Assembly (NCBI GenBank): GCA_000708835.1
Contig: DF236985.1
Location: forward strand, 1 to 64,000
Source of the DNA: Klebsormidium nitens
Taxonomy: Eukaryota > Plantae > Klebsormidiophyceae
DNA: 64,000 bases
Reading direction: 5' to 3'
Made by a program: the position numbers and the translations under genes. Shown one piece after another: positions 36,801 through 48,268 of the stretch. Each line of letters starts with the position of its first letter. Position 1 is the stretch's first letter. The notes under the pieces were generated by a model that was not told the DNA's origin, did not search any database, and saw only the letters and a list, made by a program, of their open reading frames with translations.

Positions 36801-39800
36801 GTCGTGACCGAGCATTCCTCGTCAGTAGTGACAATTCTCACATCAGTTGACCCAAATTGTTGCCGAAGAGAAGTAGAGATTCATAAAAATCTTGAGTTGA
36901 GTTTTGTAATCTTTTGAACGATCGAGTTTGAGTGCGGAAGTCAGAGCAATCTGTGATTGATTGCAACCTTCAAGGCTTTTGTCCTTCATCAGAGCCCACA
37001 ACTTCCATACGAGATTCTTGTCAAGGAGTAATCCCAACCTTTGTAGTGGTTCCGCCACATTTTCTAAAGTCTTGTAATAGATGCGCACGCGCGCGAGCGA
37101 GCCCGCCGTGATCGCGCACTTCACTTGGGTGGTGTCCGAAACGCCCCCTTCGGGCAGCAGGTAATAGTCCCGCATGTCCGGTTCCGGTTCCGATCGCCCC
37201 TGGAAGTCGCGGAGGTATTTTCAGTCTTTAGAGCTTTTCACACAGTGGGAGATTCAAAGGCAGGCGGCGAAGTTTGTGGATGAGCGCTGTCGCCGACCGA
37301 AAGCACACTTGGTCTCACGGATGGATCGTGCATGGAACTCGACAGAACTTACTGTACACAAATAACTGAAGCTGAGAATCTTTGAAAGTTTCTAAGCAAC
37401 CCGCCGGACCAAACCTTTCTTCCTCAAGAGCACAGGATATCTGAGGTAATAACAGGGTCTGTAGATATTCAGCTATAGGCGAAGATTCTGAAACCAACCA
37501 GTCTGAACAACCCAGCAAGTCTTTTCTGGGCACGGAAAACAATTTGCCAAACGTGAGCGGTCTGCTACAGATCAACAAGTTGGTGGGGACTGCTTCGATA
37601 ATCTCTGAGAATTTGTCGATTTGATTTAGATCCCAGTATCTCCTTCATCCATCAAAAACGTATGCGCTCTGAAACAGTCTGTACTCACGTTCCCAAAGCG
37701 CAGGTTCCAAACCCGTCGAGCCCAAAACGCGGTCTCGTTATCGTCTTCGGAAACCTCGCAGTCTCGGAGCGACAGGTTCGCGGTCGGTTCGTCGTCATTG
37801 GAGAACAGGATCTGTTTGAAAAGGGGAAAGCTCGTATCAATCATCCATTACCGAGGATTTAAAATGTCACCCAGGAAAGATCGAAGCTGGCAGTCCGTCG
37901 TTGCGACTTGGACAGCCAAATGGTCTCCCTTCTCAAAATGGGTACACGTGCGAACCAATGTGGAGACTTCAGATCAACCTGTCTGATAACTTTACGAACA
38001 TACACCAGGAAGGGTGCTCTGCATTGCGACCCGATCAATATTAGAAGGTCCTGTCACTTCAACAGATTTAGTGCTCTTTCACCCGTCAATGAAAACGAAT
38101 GTTGCGTGTATCAATAGAAGCGGTGTTGACTTTGGAAGCTTAGCCCGGCCAAAAAGAAGGGGCATGCTATGACATTTACATAAGATTTCGTCTCGACTAC
38201 CACACAGTTCAGCCGTTCATACGGGCTTCATTCATATAGATGAGACCAACTTCATTAACCTCAGCCGAGTCTCTTCTCAGCACTTTCTTTCGAACGACTT
38301 TTCCTCACCTTGTGCTTCGTGCCGCTCTCGTTGACACCAACCACTTCGCCTTCACGCCACGTGTCCGCTTCTGGAAAGTACACCTCGACGCGGTCGCCCG
38401 CGCGCGCGCTCGCCACAATGTCGCGCCGCGGCACCTCGTGCGGCTCTGCGTCGACGAGCGTGACCTCCTCCCTCTCGCCGATCTGCGCGACCTTCTCGCG
38501 CACGCGCGCGTGGTACGCGCGTGCGTCCGGCTCGGATGCTTGAAGGATGTCGTTGATCTGCGCGAGGTGGGACCTTTATTTCCAAAACGATTCTTTAATC
38601 TCAGAATTCACCGACAATACTCTGACAATTTTATATTTATTGCTGAAGCCAGTGTCGACTAGCCCATGAAGCAAGAATCCTTGGGCTTTTGAGGCAAACG
38701 TTCTAGGGAGACTCTCTTGAATCTCTTGAGAGTTTTAGTAGGGCCGTCGAGAGGAGAACCCTGAGTCGGAGGTTTTGTTAGGGTGTGTTCACGTATCCGA
38801 GCAACTGACTATGTTGTGGGAACATGGCGGAATCCTAACTTGAAAGAAAATGGGACTGCGATTCAAGAAGACGACGAAGGATGGCTCCTCTCTGAAGGCT
38901 CGGGTCACAGTTGTGCGGCAGACATTGAAGATCTTATCATGTGAAAAGTCATTTCGAACGGGAAGTCTATTTCATTAATATCAATTGGTTCATTTCGTCC
39001 AGTATGTTTCGAACTCCGCAGAAAGCCACTGAAATTGGCCACCGAAATTGGCACTCAACTCATAGGCAGGTAGATGATGGCATCCCTGATTTGGAACGGC
39101 TGTCACTATCTGTAAAATCGGATGACCTTCAAACGCAAAGATTCTCCTTTGTTTCTGCAAATAGCACAGATCGGACGCGACGAAGCACAAATCGTCTACA
39201 AAAGCCAAAAAAGAACGAGACAGAGAGAACCAAATCTTTTCTACCTTTGATGTTTACTCACTACAACTTATACCGTTACAATTAACCCGTGAGGAAAGAA
39301 TGGATCGCCCACCAGCCGCGTCTTCCCGGTGCCGCTCCTCCCGACCAGGACCACCCGGTCCTTCAAGGCGGCAGCTCTCTCCGTTAGCTCAACCATATGA
39401 TCATATAGGCCCCGTACCCCTCCCCGGGACAAACGGTCGCTGGTCGGGGTGCCAAGCCTGGTGGCAAAGACAAGAGTTAATAGTCGGAATTGCTCCTTGA
39501 GTGTGAATTTGGATCATGCTCACCGCCTAAAAGCTTGAGTTGGCAACTGGGAGTCGAGAATACGAAATGGAAGTTTTTCTTGCTGGCGCCTTGACTAACC
39601 AGCACTGTCCGCTGGGCCTAATGTGTGTACCAATGAGGGGTTGTAATCTGTGGATACTTACAGGCCCTGGAACATCGTCTTTCCTTTCTACATGCCTGAC
39701 AGAGCCCCATAACTTTATCCCGTCTGCTGGACTTTAGAGCAACTGCTGTAAGCCCGCCAGACTTGTTCTCCCTCGCCCAGCCCTTTCCTGACGAGAACTC

Positions 39801-40289
39801 TTACTCTGCTGCCGGCCAATGATTGACCCGGAGCATCGTTCGACCATTCATCTGTCACGCAGAACATGCAAACCCGCAGGACGAGTCTCTGCATTGCGCT
39901 AAATAGGCCAAGTTACCAAAAGTCAGCAATGAAGCAAATAGGCCAAGTCAGTTAAAGTTAGCCTGCCTTATGGGAAAGGAAGGAGCAGTGAGGAAGTTTG
40001 CGGCGGGCACATTTGCAATGATGGTCAAATGGTTTGGGCCCAAACTTTTAAGTGCTGTTTTCGTTCCAATCAATACCTTGAGCTTTCTCTGCCTCATGCA
40101 AAAAAGATATACTCGCAGACTCGCATTCCCTCACCTCCCTGGGCTTTCCGCTGCCCGGTGGAGCAGTTCGCAGGCGTCCGCCTCTTGGCACATCAGCTGA
40201 TTCAGTCCTTCCTCCTCGGACGGAGAAGAAAGGTCCCACGGGTGCTCATCCTCTGGCGTCGATTCTTCGATCTCAAAGTCCACGTCCAT
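27900..40289 (-). CDS. Dynamin-superfamily (SLIP-GC/NUGGC-like) GTPase with an inserted Tudor/Agenet domain and two C-terminal MBD-like domains; ~15+ exons; one apparent frameshift at ~29157
   Basis: ATG at 40289. Phase-consistent splicing gives G1 VVLVGRSGTGKTRL|INDIL, a Tudor-like GDRVEVYFPEADTWREGEVVGVNESGTKHK|ILFSNDD, G2-like YLLPEGGVSDTT, and G3 WPLVYKAVFEMP..FVDLPGVSD (35226-35101). C-terminal exons (28936 donor, 28324-28263, 27959-27900) give EGWRMDTRKRGEGGVSPGKIDYYYVGPSGTPRFRSLVEVHEHF. Middle exons are only partly resolved. Confidence 0.7.
28648..28832. mobile_element. Second copy (~185 bp) of the MITE family seen at 13573-13759, in an intron
   Basis: Same core (tagggttagtatggtggtt..gctgcggagcaggtatcttt) and right end tttcttgagtctcat; decayed 8-bp TSD cccaagac / cccaaagc. 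Confidence 0.75.
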
Positions 40290-41390
40290 TCTGCCGGACG
40301 TTGCTTGGTCCCTTTCTAGACTAGAGAAGTCGAGCTAACGGCTTTGCGTGCTCATTCCCACAAAAACTTTCCCTCTGTGCCGGCGCCTGCTTGCAGGGCG
40401 GGTCTTTCAACGTTGCGCTTTCGAGTGGATGGCCGTTCCTGCCTCTGAGTCTGATGTTACGCTCTATAATTGGTCATGAAACGCTTGCTTTACACAAGCC
40501 GTACCTCAACACAGCTTGAGAAATTGGGGTGAGATTAGGCGGTGACGGGAGTCTTCGCCGCCTCAAATCAACAAGCCCAACAAACGAGCACATGCACTTT
40601 CGGGATTATGCAAAATCCCTCAGCGCGTCGCGCGCCACATGTTGATTCTCGCGTGAGGATTTCTTTTTGTGTGCATGAAGCCGATCCAAGTTGTGTAAGG
40701 GCAGAACCACGGAAAGGCACAGGCTGACGGCAAGTGCGAGAAAATGCATCCGCGTGACATCAGCGCTCGTGTAAATCTTGACGAAGATCAACCTTGATTA
40801 CTGTCGAGCAGTACTGCAGCGCCGAAATTGGTGGGGGCATGCAACATAGCAGTCGCACTAATCAAGCATTCGCCCGTGAGACAAACCCATTCTCGACGGT
40901 TATCAATGGGAATTACGCTTATCTTAGTCGACAGTTAGACACTGATACTTCCATAATCGTCTTACTACATGCGAGCTGGCACTGCCATTTTGAATCATTA
41001 CATTAGTGCCGCGATGCCAAGCATGGGAACCCATGAGATGCAACTGAATCCAAAGACAAGTACAAATAATCGCATGCGATTTTGAGGGCAAGAGAAGGTT
41101 CATTGCTTCTGACCAAAATTCAAATCTACTTACGCAGTATGTGAGTGCATTCGAGTACCGCAGCTTTGAAGAGCTTTTTAGTTGAGCAAAAACTTGTGAC
41201 AAAGGTCACGGTCATGCCGTTATAATACATCCATCTAAGCTTCTTTACAAGCTTGAAGGTGGGCGCTAGCAAAATCCGTCTTCGGACTTACTTTCTACGA
41301 TACCTTGTTGCACCACGGTCTCGGTCTTCTGGCCATTACTGACCTTCATGCAGAGCAGAACATACTGTACAGAGTTGCCCATAAGTCAAC

Positions 41391-44300
41391 TTAGTAGCTG
41401 GCTGCTACTGGCACCCCCCTTACCCCGACCATCGCCGGTCCCCTCGCCATCTGCAGCTCTTGCTCCTGCGACTGGATGACGTCACCCGGGACGTCACCTA
41501 CCGGGCGCTCTCTTCCCGCCATTTGGCCCCCGGTAACCCCTCCCCCGACCTGCTGCTCCCGCTGGGCGCTCTGGCTGCTGACGTCATTCGGGTCGCCGAC
41601 GACTTGCGCCACCTTGACGGAGATCGGTTCGGCCGTGAGCCGCGCCCCGACCAGAAACAGGGCCTCCTCCAGGTGCGTCGCGAGCTCCTCCTCGGTGGCA
41701 TAAGCGCCCGGGGAAGCCTCCCGGTCACCGATGATAGTGTCGTAAACCTTGTCCATCTGGAGATGGAAGAAAGATCATCGGCGCCTTGTTTGTTTTGACT
41801 GTTTTACGCAAGATAAGGAGGGATGACTGCGGTGAAAAGGTTGTCCTCTCGGTCTTATGCAAGAGCGGTTTGTAGATGAAGAGGGCGGTGAATTACTGAT
41901 GGTGTCGTACACCTTGTCCATCTGGGCAGGCGAAAGAAATTCTCAATCAGCGCTTCGTGCGCTCTTTCGATGCGCAAGAAAAGAGAAATCGACTGCGGGG
42001 CGGATCTTGTCGTCGCAAATATTAAGGCTAATGTGTAAAGTAGAAGAGTGAAGGTATTACAAACGGTTACGTCCTACCACATAGACCATTTTCCAAATTT
42101 CAACTATGGAAGGGTGGTAGTGCTAAAGCCCTTACGAAGATGGCCAATTATTTGGTTTAAAAACCCGTCTGATAAGTAAGAAAAGCCACTTATTAGACTG
42201 GTGATGCTTCCGCTTCAGCGCTTTCAGGCAATATGACCGTCCACAAATGAATACCAACGGCACACCGGGGGCCTGGAGCCTCCAAAGTCAGACCCTGAAG
42301 GCTTCTTTCACAGCTTTTCTGCTTCCTTACTTCACAAGGGTAGCAAGTAGTGGGTAGTACCCGGTACTAGAGACCCTTTGCTCAATCATTCACGCCAAGC
42401 GGCGGAAGCCATCCCGCGCGCTATCCAAGGGGTTCCCTGTAGGGCAACTTTCGCAGCTTCGTTTCGACAAGGATAGAACAATGCATACTTACACGGTAAC
42501 TTTCCACACCTTACCTTTTCGTTTGCGCCCAGCGGAGGAAGCCCGGCCATTCCACGACGCTATCAAAGGGGTCACCTTCAAAGCAATTTTTGCAGCTTAT
42601 CTGCTTCGTTCGACCAGAATTGAACGATGCATAGTTAAACTTTTTACCCCTTACCTTTTTGCTTGCGCCAAGCGGCGGCAGCCCTGCCATCCTCGCGACG
42701 CGATCCAAGGGGTTGTGTTCAGGGCAACTGTCGCAGCTCATCTGCGTCCTTCGACCAGGATTGAACGACTCAAAGTTTCAGGGTGATTTGCCATCCCTCA
42801 CCTTTTCGTTTGCGCCAAGCGGCGGCAGCCCGGCCAATCCCGCAACGCGATCAAAGGGGTTGCCTTCAGGGCCAGCATTGGAATCTATCTGCTTCGTTTC
42901 GACAAAAACGGAACAATGCAAAGGTCCACGCTAATCTTCCACCTCTTACCTTTTCGTTTGCGCCTAGCGGCGGCAGCCCGGCCAACCCCGCGATGCGGTC
43001 GAAGGCGGTCCAAAAGTCAGAGTGCGGCACCTTGCCGTTCTGAGAGTGCTCCTCAAAGATCTGGTGGACGGCTCGAGAGAAGCCTTCCTTGTCGCCCATG
43101 AGCGGCTTTATCTTCTCGCCCTTTACGTCCTGCGGGAAAAAGGACAGGGGATGTAAACTGAGCACTGACGTGCACTTTTGTAGCTTTGTGCAAAGGAGAA
43201 GAAGCCGTTGGACGTTTGGGCAGAATAGAGGCTTTATACAAATGATCCTTCGTCTGTTCACTCAGGGACTTTAGGTCCAAGCTCTGAAGAGGAGAAGCCA
43301 TTGAGCAGACTCTGAGGAGAATGTATCAGGATATGGTCCGAACTTTACGGCACGCTTTGACAACCGAAATATGTAAGCCCCAATTTCTCGGTGCGGGCGT
43401 CAGTCACGGGCAACTAGGGAAGACGATTGATTCCGAAAACACAACCCCTTCTCTTCTCTGCCTCGAGCGACCGAAGAAGCTTCATCGGCAGTTTTCTAGT
43501 CGCCAAGAAGGAGGTTCATCCTCCGACGCCCTCGTTAACGGCGTAACCCAACCTTGACGAGAATTCTGCACAGCGCATGAATCTTGCCCGAGCTTGACCC
43601 GACTTGCAAAACCTTCTCGATGTGCGCAACGGTTACCAATCTCCGACGCCCTCGTCAGCAGCGTAAACCCACCTTAACCTGAATCTGCGCCCGTGATTAG
43701 CCCAGGCTTAACCAAATTGGCAAACCGTACCTTCTCGGTGTGCGCGACGGTCACGGGGGCCGTTTGCAGCCCCTCGGCGAGCCGCTCGAGCGCCGCCCGC
43801 AAGTGGTCGGTAAATTCGTCCTTGGACAGGCGCTGCCCATTCTGCTGCTCCCCGGCCACGCTCTGGATCGCTCGGTCGATCAGCGCTTCGACCTGCGTTG
43901 CGAGACCGGAATGAGAGCGTGTCAAACGGAACGAATGGACCAGAACAGAAGGAAAAGGTGGAACAGGCACTGCCCATTCTGCTGCTCCCCTGCCACGCTG
44001 TGAATCGCCCGTCCGATCAGCGCCTCGACCTATAGTGGCAAGACCGGAATCAGAGCGTGTCAACGGAATGTAGCGGAATAGAACGGAATGTAGCGGAACG
44101 GAAGGGAAAGGTGAAACGGGAGCTGCCCCTTCTGCTGCTCCCTGGCCACGCTCTGGATCGCCCGGTCGACCAGCGCTTCGACCTGTGTTGCGAGACCGAA
44201 ATATGAACGTTTCAATGGAACAAATGGGAGCGGAACGGAGCAGGAATAGGCGCTGCCCTTTCGACCTGCAGTACGAGACCGGAACGCGAGCATGACAATC

Positions 44301-47300
44301 GGGACTGAACGGAACGGGATCAGAGCCGGGCGGAACAGGCGCTGCCACGTTCTGGATCGGCCAGGTCGGTCAGCGCTTTAACCTGGATTGCGAGAGCGGT
44401 ACAGGAGAGTGACAAAGAACGCGGAACGTAGCGGGACAGGGACAGGAATTTGACCTGACTGGAAGGATGAACGGCCATGCTCTGGATTGCTTGATCGATC
44501 AAGAAGAGCTTCGAGCGTGATACCGGAACGGAGCGGAGCGGAGCCACTGGACAGGGCGGGAGTGAATGGAGTGAACTGAAACAACAGTGCTTGATAACCT
44601 GAGCCACAGGTCCAGAATTGCAGAACTCCGAAGAGCCCTCATTATTGGACGTTTGCAACTGGCAGCCCCAATCCTTGACGCTGATCCTCTACCCCTACTA
44701 TCAGAATAACCCCACAGAGTTTCCCAGGTGATGTTGCTCATGTTGACAATCAAACTTACCTTCTGCGAGCTAGCGGGCGGCACCCCCTCCTCGATCGTCA
44801 GGTGCTGCTTCAGTGCGAGCGCAAGCGCCTTTGCGCCCCCAATCTCCAAATTGCCCCCCATCGCGTTTTGGCTCGCGGCGGGGGCTTGCTCCGACACTTC
44901 GGCGGTATCCGTTACCGATTGCTGGTCGATGACCTGGGTGTTGATGGCCTCGTAAGCGCGGTCGGCCATGAGTTGGAACTCGGCTTTCTGTTCCGGGGCG
45001 AGGATATAGCGCAGCTGCGAGCCGTCGATCGTGTCGATGGAGATCGGGTTGGCCTCGAGCGAGTCGGAGATGCCCTGGAAATTGGGGACTCTTAAGTTAA
45101 GAAAGATACGTGCAGATGCAAATCCAACAAAGCGAGGAAATCGCAGGGATCAACTAGGCCTGAAAAGGATGTTGAAGAAGTCCCTGAAGCTCGGCCGTTC
45201 CAATGCTGAAACTGGAAATCAACAGAACTGTTTCAAAACTTTTTGACTCCTTCAAACTCTCGGTTGCCTCATTCTGCAATGCTGGAACCATTGGACTCTC
45301 AGTTTGACGCATGCCCAGCGGAACACACAAGATTTTGGGTTCCAACCTTCTATCCTGGTAGCCTTTTGAAGGCCTGAATGCAAAGGGATGTGCATTTGAA
45401 AGAGCCAAGTGCCACAATGAAAGGCAGGCAGAGGTAGAGGTTTCCAAACATAAGATTCTCTTCCGAAGGAGAGCCGAGCCTCTTAGTGCTTATTTATGTT
45501 ATGTCTGGGGTTGTCTTTAGTTTCGCTCTATGACCAGACGGGACAAGTACATGCTTGCGTCGGGTACTCACAATCGCTCTGTACGAAGCAGAGTGCTAAG
45601 CTGACGCAACCAACAATTTTCCAACCGTATTTTGCTCCATCACGGCAAAAATTCGAAGGACCCACATCAGCAGACCTAGAATAAAATTGTTATCAAGCCC
45701 TTCAGTTTGAGAGAAGCTGCAATAACATGATCTTGTCACTTACCAAAAGGATGTCCCGAGTGACCACCCCAAAAGTATCTCTGTCTACCTGGCCAGACCG
45801 CTTGCTCGCATCCAGGTACTGACCAGTGATTTCCTTGTAAATCTGTGGCAGGGAACAACGAGCTTTTCTACATTTTTTTCGCTTTGTTCAGGAGTTCGAC
45901 AGTTCAGATTGAGCCGGAGGACTTGTGAAGAGCGCTGGAGAAAGCGCTGTGCTGCTGGAGACTGCTCAACTGCAAATCTACTCCTTTAAAGAGAAAAAGG
46001 TTGTTGAGTTGAGTTACGGTCAGCCGTGCCCTTGGGACCTTCCCCTTGTGCATGAGTCAATGGTGCTGTTCTGACGGCGACTATCGCATGGGCCTAATTT
46101 GAAAAGCATGGTTTAGCATGGTCAAGCATGGTGAAGCTTGATTAAGTATGGTTTTGTTCAGGCGCCAAATCGTGATCGCCAACTCGTAGTACTGATTTGA
46201 CAGGTCGTCACACCACTGAATGCCTTTTTCCAACTGCCTGCAACCAATCTACAACCAATCTACAGAAAAATGCGGGGCACAAACACTCGTAAGCCGAAGT
46301 TAGCCCTTCAGCAGTGGTGCAAGCTACTCTGCAACTCAGGATAACAAAGAGGAGCACATTGCATACGGCACGAGTATCCATTCCCCAATGATGTGACCAT
46401 TCTCAAGCCTGTCAAATTTCCACTAAGCCCGTATGTCCTGCAAAAGCCAATCTTGCATCGAACAGGCTCTGCGAAGAATATTCAGTGTCCCGACCAAAGT
46501 GTCTCGTGCGTGTGTGACTCATTCTACCCTGCTGATTCCCCATCATTTTCTGAACAGGGTCAAGGAGACTGAAAAAGATTTGGGAGAAGAGTATATAAAA
46601 ACTTCAAGGCACGAGAAGTTTAGTATATGATTGATCTGGGCACAGGTGGATCACTCCGAATCCTTCTTCCAAAACCGAAATCTTGCCGCGACATGATTCT
46701 AATACTGTCCGTGTTCTGGTATGAAAATCACAAAAGTAAGTTAGGGCAGCATTGCCCACACCATCCTTTCAGCCAGCCTTTGCATGCACGCCATTTGCAC
46801 TGTTGTAATGTTTCAAATTCATTTTCAGCTAGGGACAAGAATCCTGGCTGCAATGCGGGCATCCTTTTCACATGCTGAACAAAAGCAAAAGCTCTGATAC
46901 ATTGGTCTATTGCAGATGCGCAACATCCTTAATGTGAAAAAGATGGTCGGATAGTAGAAGAACAGCAGACTTTGAGGGGCAGATTCTCAGGGAGGACAAC
47001 GCAGATCATTTTTGCCATTGCAATGTGGTAGCGTCAATCCGCGCGAAGGAGACAGTCAGCAATGTGCGATGGCTGTTGTTCCCCGCTTGACCTTATGTGC
47101 AATATGATTCAAATAGTAAAAACCCACCTGATCCGTGTCTGCAGAAGAGCCCATCGGCGGCAGACCCAGCAATGACCCCCACTCTGCAATCGCCGGCTGC
47201 AATTCCTCAGCGGTGAGGCTGCCTGTCCCAGATCCGTTGAGTTTCTTGAACTTGGAGTCTATGTACTGACTGAATTTGGAGGGATCCCCGGTGAGAGCCT

Positions 47301-47349
47301 TGAGGCGGCGCCCATCAAACTTGTCGGCAGCATCAGTGCAAGCGGCCAT
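41391..47349 (-). CDS. Plant-type degenerate EF-hand repeat protein; exons approx. 47349-47128, 45829-45731, 45078-44760, 43893-43732, 43130-42951, 41756-41391
   Basis: Three internal repeats of the pattern DGxxLxxL..F....F..L..(GTGSL)..L...GLPP, e.g. DGRRLKALTGDPSKFSQYIDSKFKKLNGSGTGSLTAEELQPAIAEWGSLLGLPP and GEKIKPLMGDKEGFSRAVHQIF..AGLPPLG. Phase-0 GT-AG joins are consistent. Confidence 0.75.
42390..43005. repeat. Five ~140-bp tandem units copying the 3' end of exon 5 plus its donor site
   Basis: accttttcgtttgcgcc(t/a/c)agcggcggcagcccggcca at ~42947 (real junction), ~42800, ~42652, ~42512 and partially at ~42390. Confidence 0.85.
43380..43785. repeat. Degenerate tandem copies of the exon-4 donor junction
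   Basis: accttctcg(g/a)tgtgcgc(g/a)acggt at ~43729 (real) and ~43611; ctccgacgccctcgt at ~43521 and ~43641; a decayed copy at ~43383. Confidence 0.7.
43860..44530. repeat. Five to six ~140-150-bp tandem units copying the exon-4 acceptor plus the first ~60 bp of the exon
   Basis: gctctggatcgc..gtcga(t/c)cagcgcttcgacctg..gcgagaccgga at ~43860 (real), 43998, 44150, 44255 (partial), 44349 and 44479. Confidence 0.85.
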
Positions 47350-47932
47350 TGTGGCAGCATTCAACGGCAAACACAGCAAACGCGCGCGATCGCAGCGACC
47401 CACAACCCTCCAGAAAAGTGCTTTGCAGGCGAAGAATCAGCTAAGATGTTTCAAGGGAGGTGTTTGATGATCATTTCAGAAAGAAAGGCGGATCCAGTAA
47501 GGTTACTGTTTGCATCAAGAGGATACAGGATGCGAATGTGGATGGGGGCACTCATCATGCATTACGTGTAGGGGCGCTCCCTTCGCCGCTTCACGGAGGA
47601 GTCAGGGAGCTGGCTTGAATTTTCTGTAGGAAAGCACATGGCCTGGAAAATGAGGAGGGAGAATCTCCAGTTCCATTCGGTGCTGCTGCCACTTGGCGCT
47701 GGGCGCCCTACATTTTGCCAAGTGTTCAGCAAGATACATATGCTGCTTCTCAAACCTTTATGCCGGATCGCACACCGTCAGATTATTTTCAATCGACGGC
47801 AGTCAATCGACCCAGCGCACAGCTGCGGCGGCCGCTCTAACCCAGAACAATGGCGGCCGCGACAGGCGTGCCCAGTGCCGACAATGGAAGGCCGGCCAGT
47901 CGGACGCACTAGGCACATAGGCAGTTTGAAGC

Positions 47933-48130
47933 CTACGAACAGTAAGTGCATTCTTGGTCCTTGCCGAAGTGAATTTGCGAACCCGGCATGAAGGTTGTGA
48001 CTAAGAACTTGAGGAAGCGGTTGCGTAAACGGAGACAATTGACAATATACTGACCGTCGTGACGACGGTAATGGCTTGCCTCTTCTTTGATAAAATAGAC
48101 AGTGACATCGAAGATTTCATGTGTATCCAT
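47933..48130 (-). CDS. Hypothetical 65-aa ORF at the 3' end of the element
   Basis: ATG-initiated ORF co-oriented with the element genes, ending in CTYC; its stop lies within the candidate terminal hairpin. No recognisable family. Confidence 0.25.
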   Translation of the reverse strand: MDTHEIFDVTVYFIKEEASHYRRHDGQYIVNCLRLRNRFLKFLVTTFMPGSQIHFGKDQECTYCS

Positions 48131-48268
48131 ACTTGGAATCCAACATGATACGTTAGAGCATAGTGTGAATGTGCATAGAAGTACAGTTTCAATTTACATG
48201 TCTGACTGCTTCATACTCGTGCTGTTCGCAATGATTTGAAGGGATTCTGAACAGTATGTTGATTGTAA

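Noticed and set aside
43674-44348. 224-aa ORF as a standalone gene
   Set aside because: It reads through intronic junction repeats into true exon 4 of the EF-hand gene.
42390-44530. Regularly spaced repeats resembling a CRISPR array
   Set aside because: The whole ~140-bp units are homologous and degenerate, with no unique spacers; they copy adjacent exon junctions, and the genome is eukaryotic with no cas genes.
45904-45916. 13-bp match (tcagattgagccg) to 61253-61265 as a target duplication
   Set aside because: Helitrons make no TSD, and this boundary would put an exon of the host EF-hand gene inside the element; treated as chance.
46107-46152. Short 10-bp tandem repeat (agcatggtnn)
   Set aside because: Ordinary degenerate intronic minisatellite with no further structure.
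47567-47712. tgtaggggcgc / gcgccctaca inverted pair as a mini-TE
   Set aside because: Only ~11 bp, imperfect, and no target-site duplication in the flanks.
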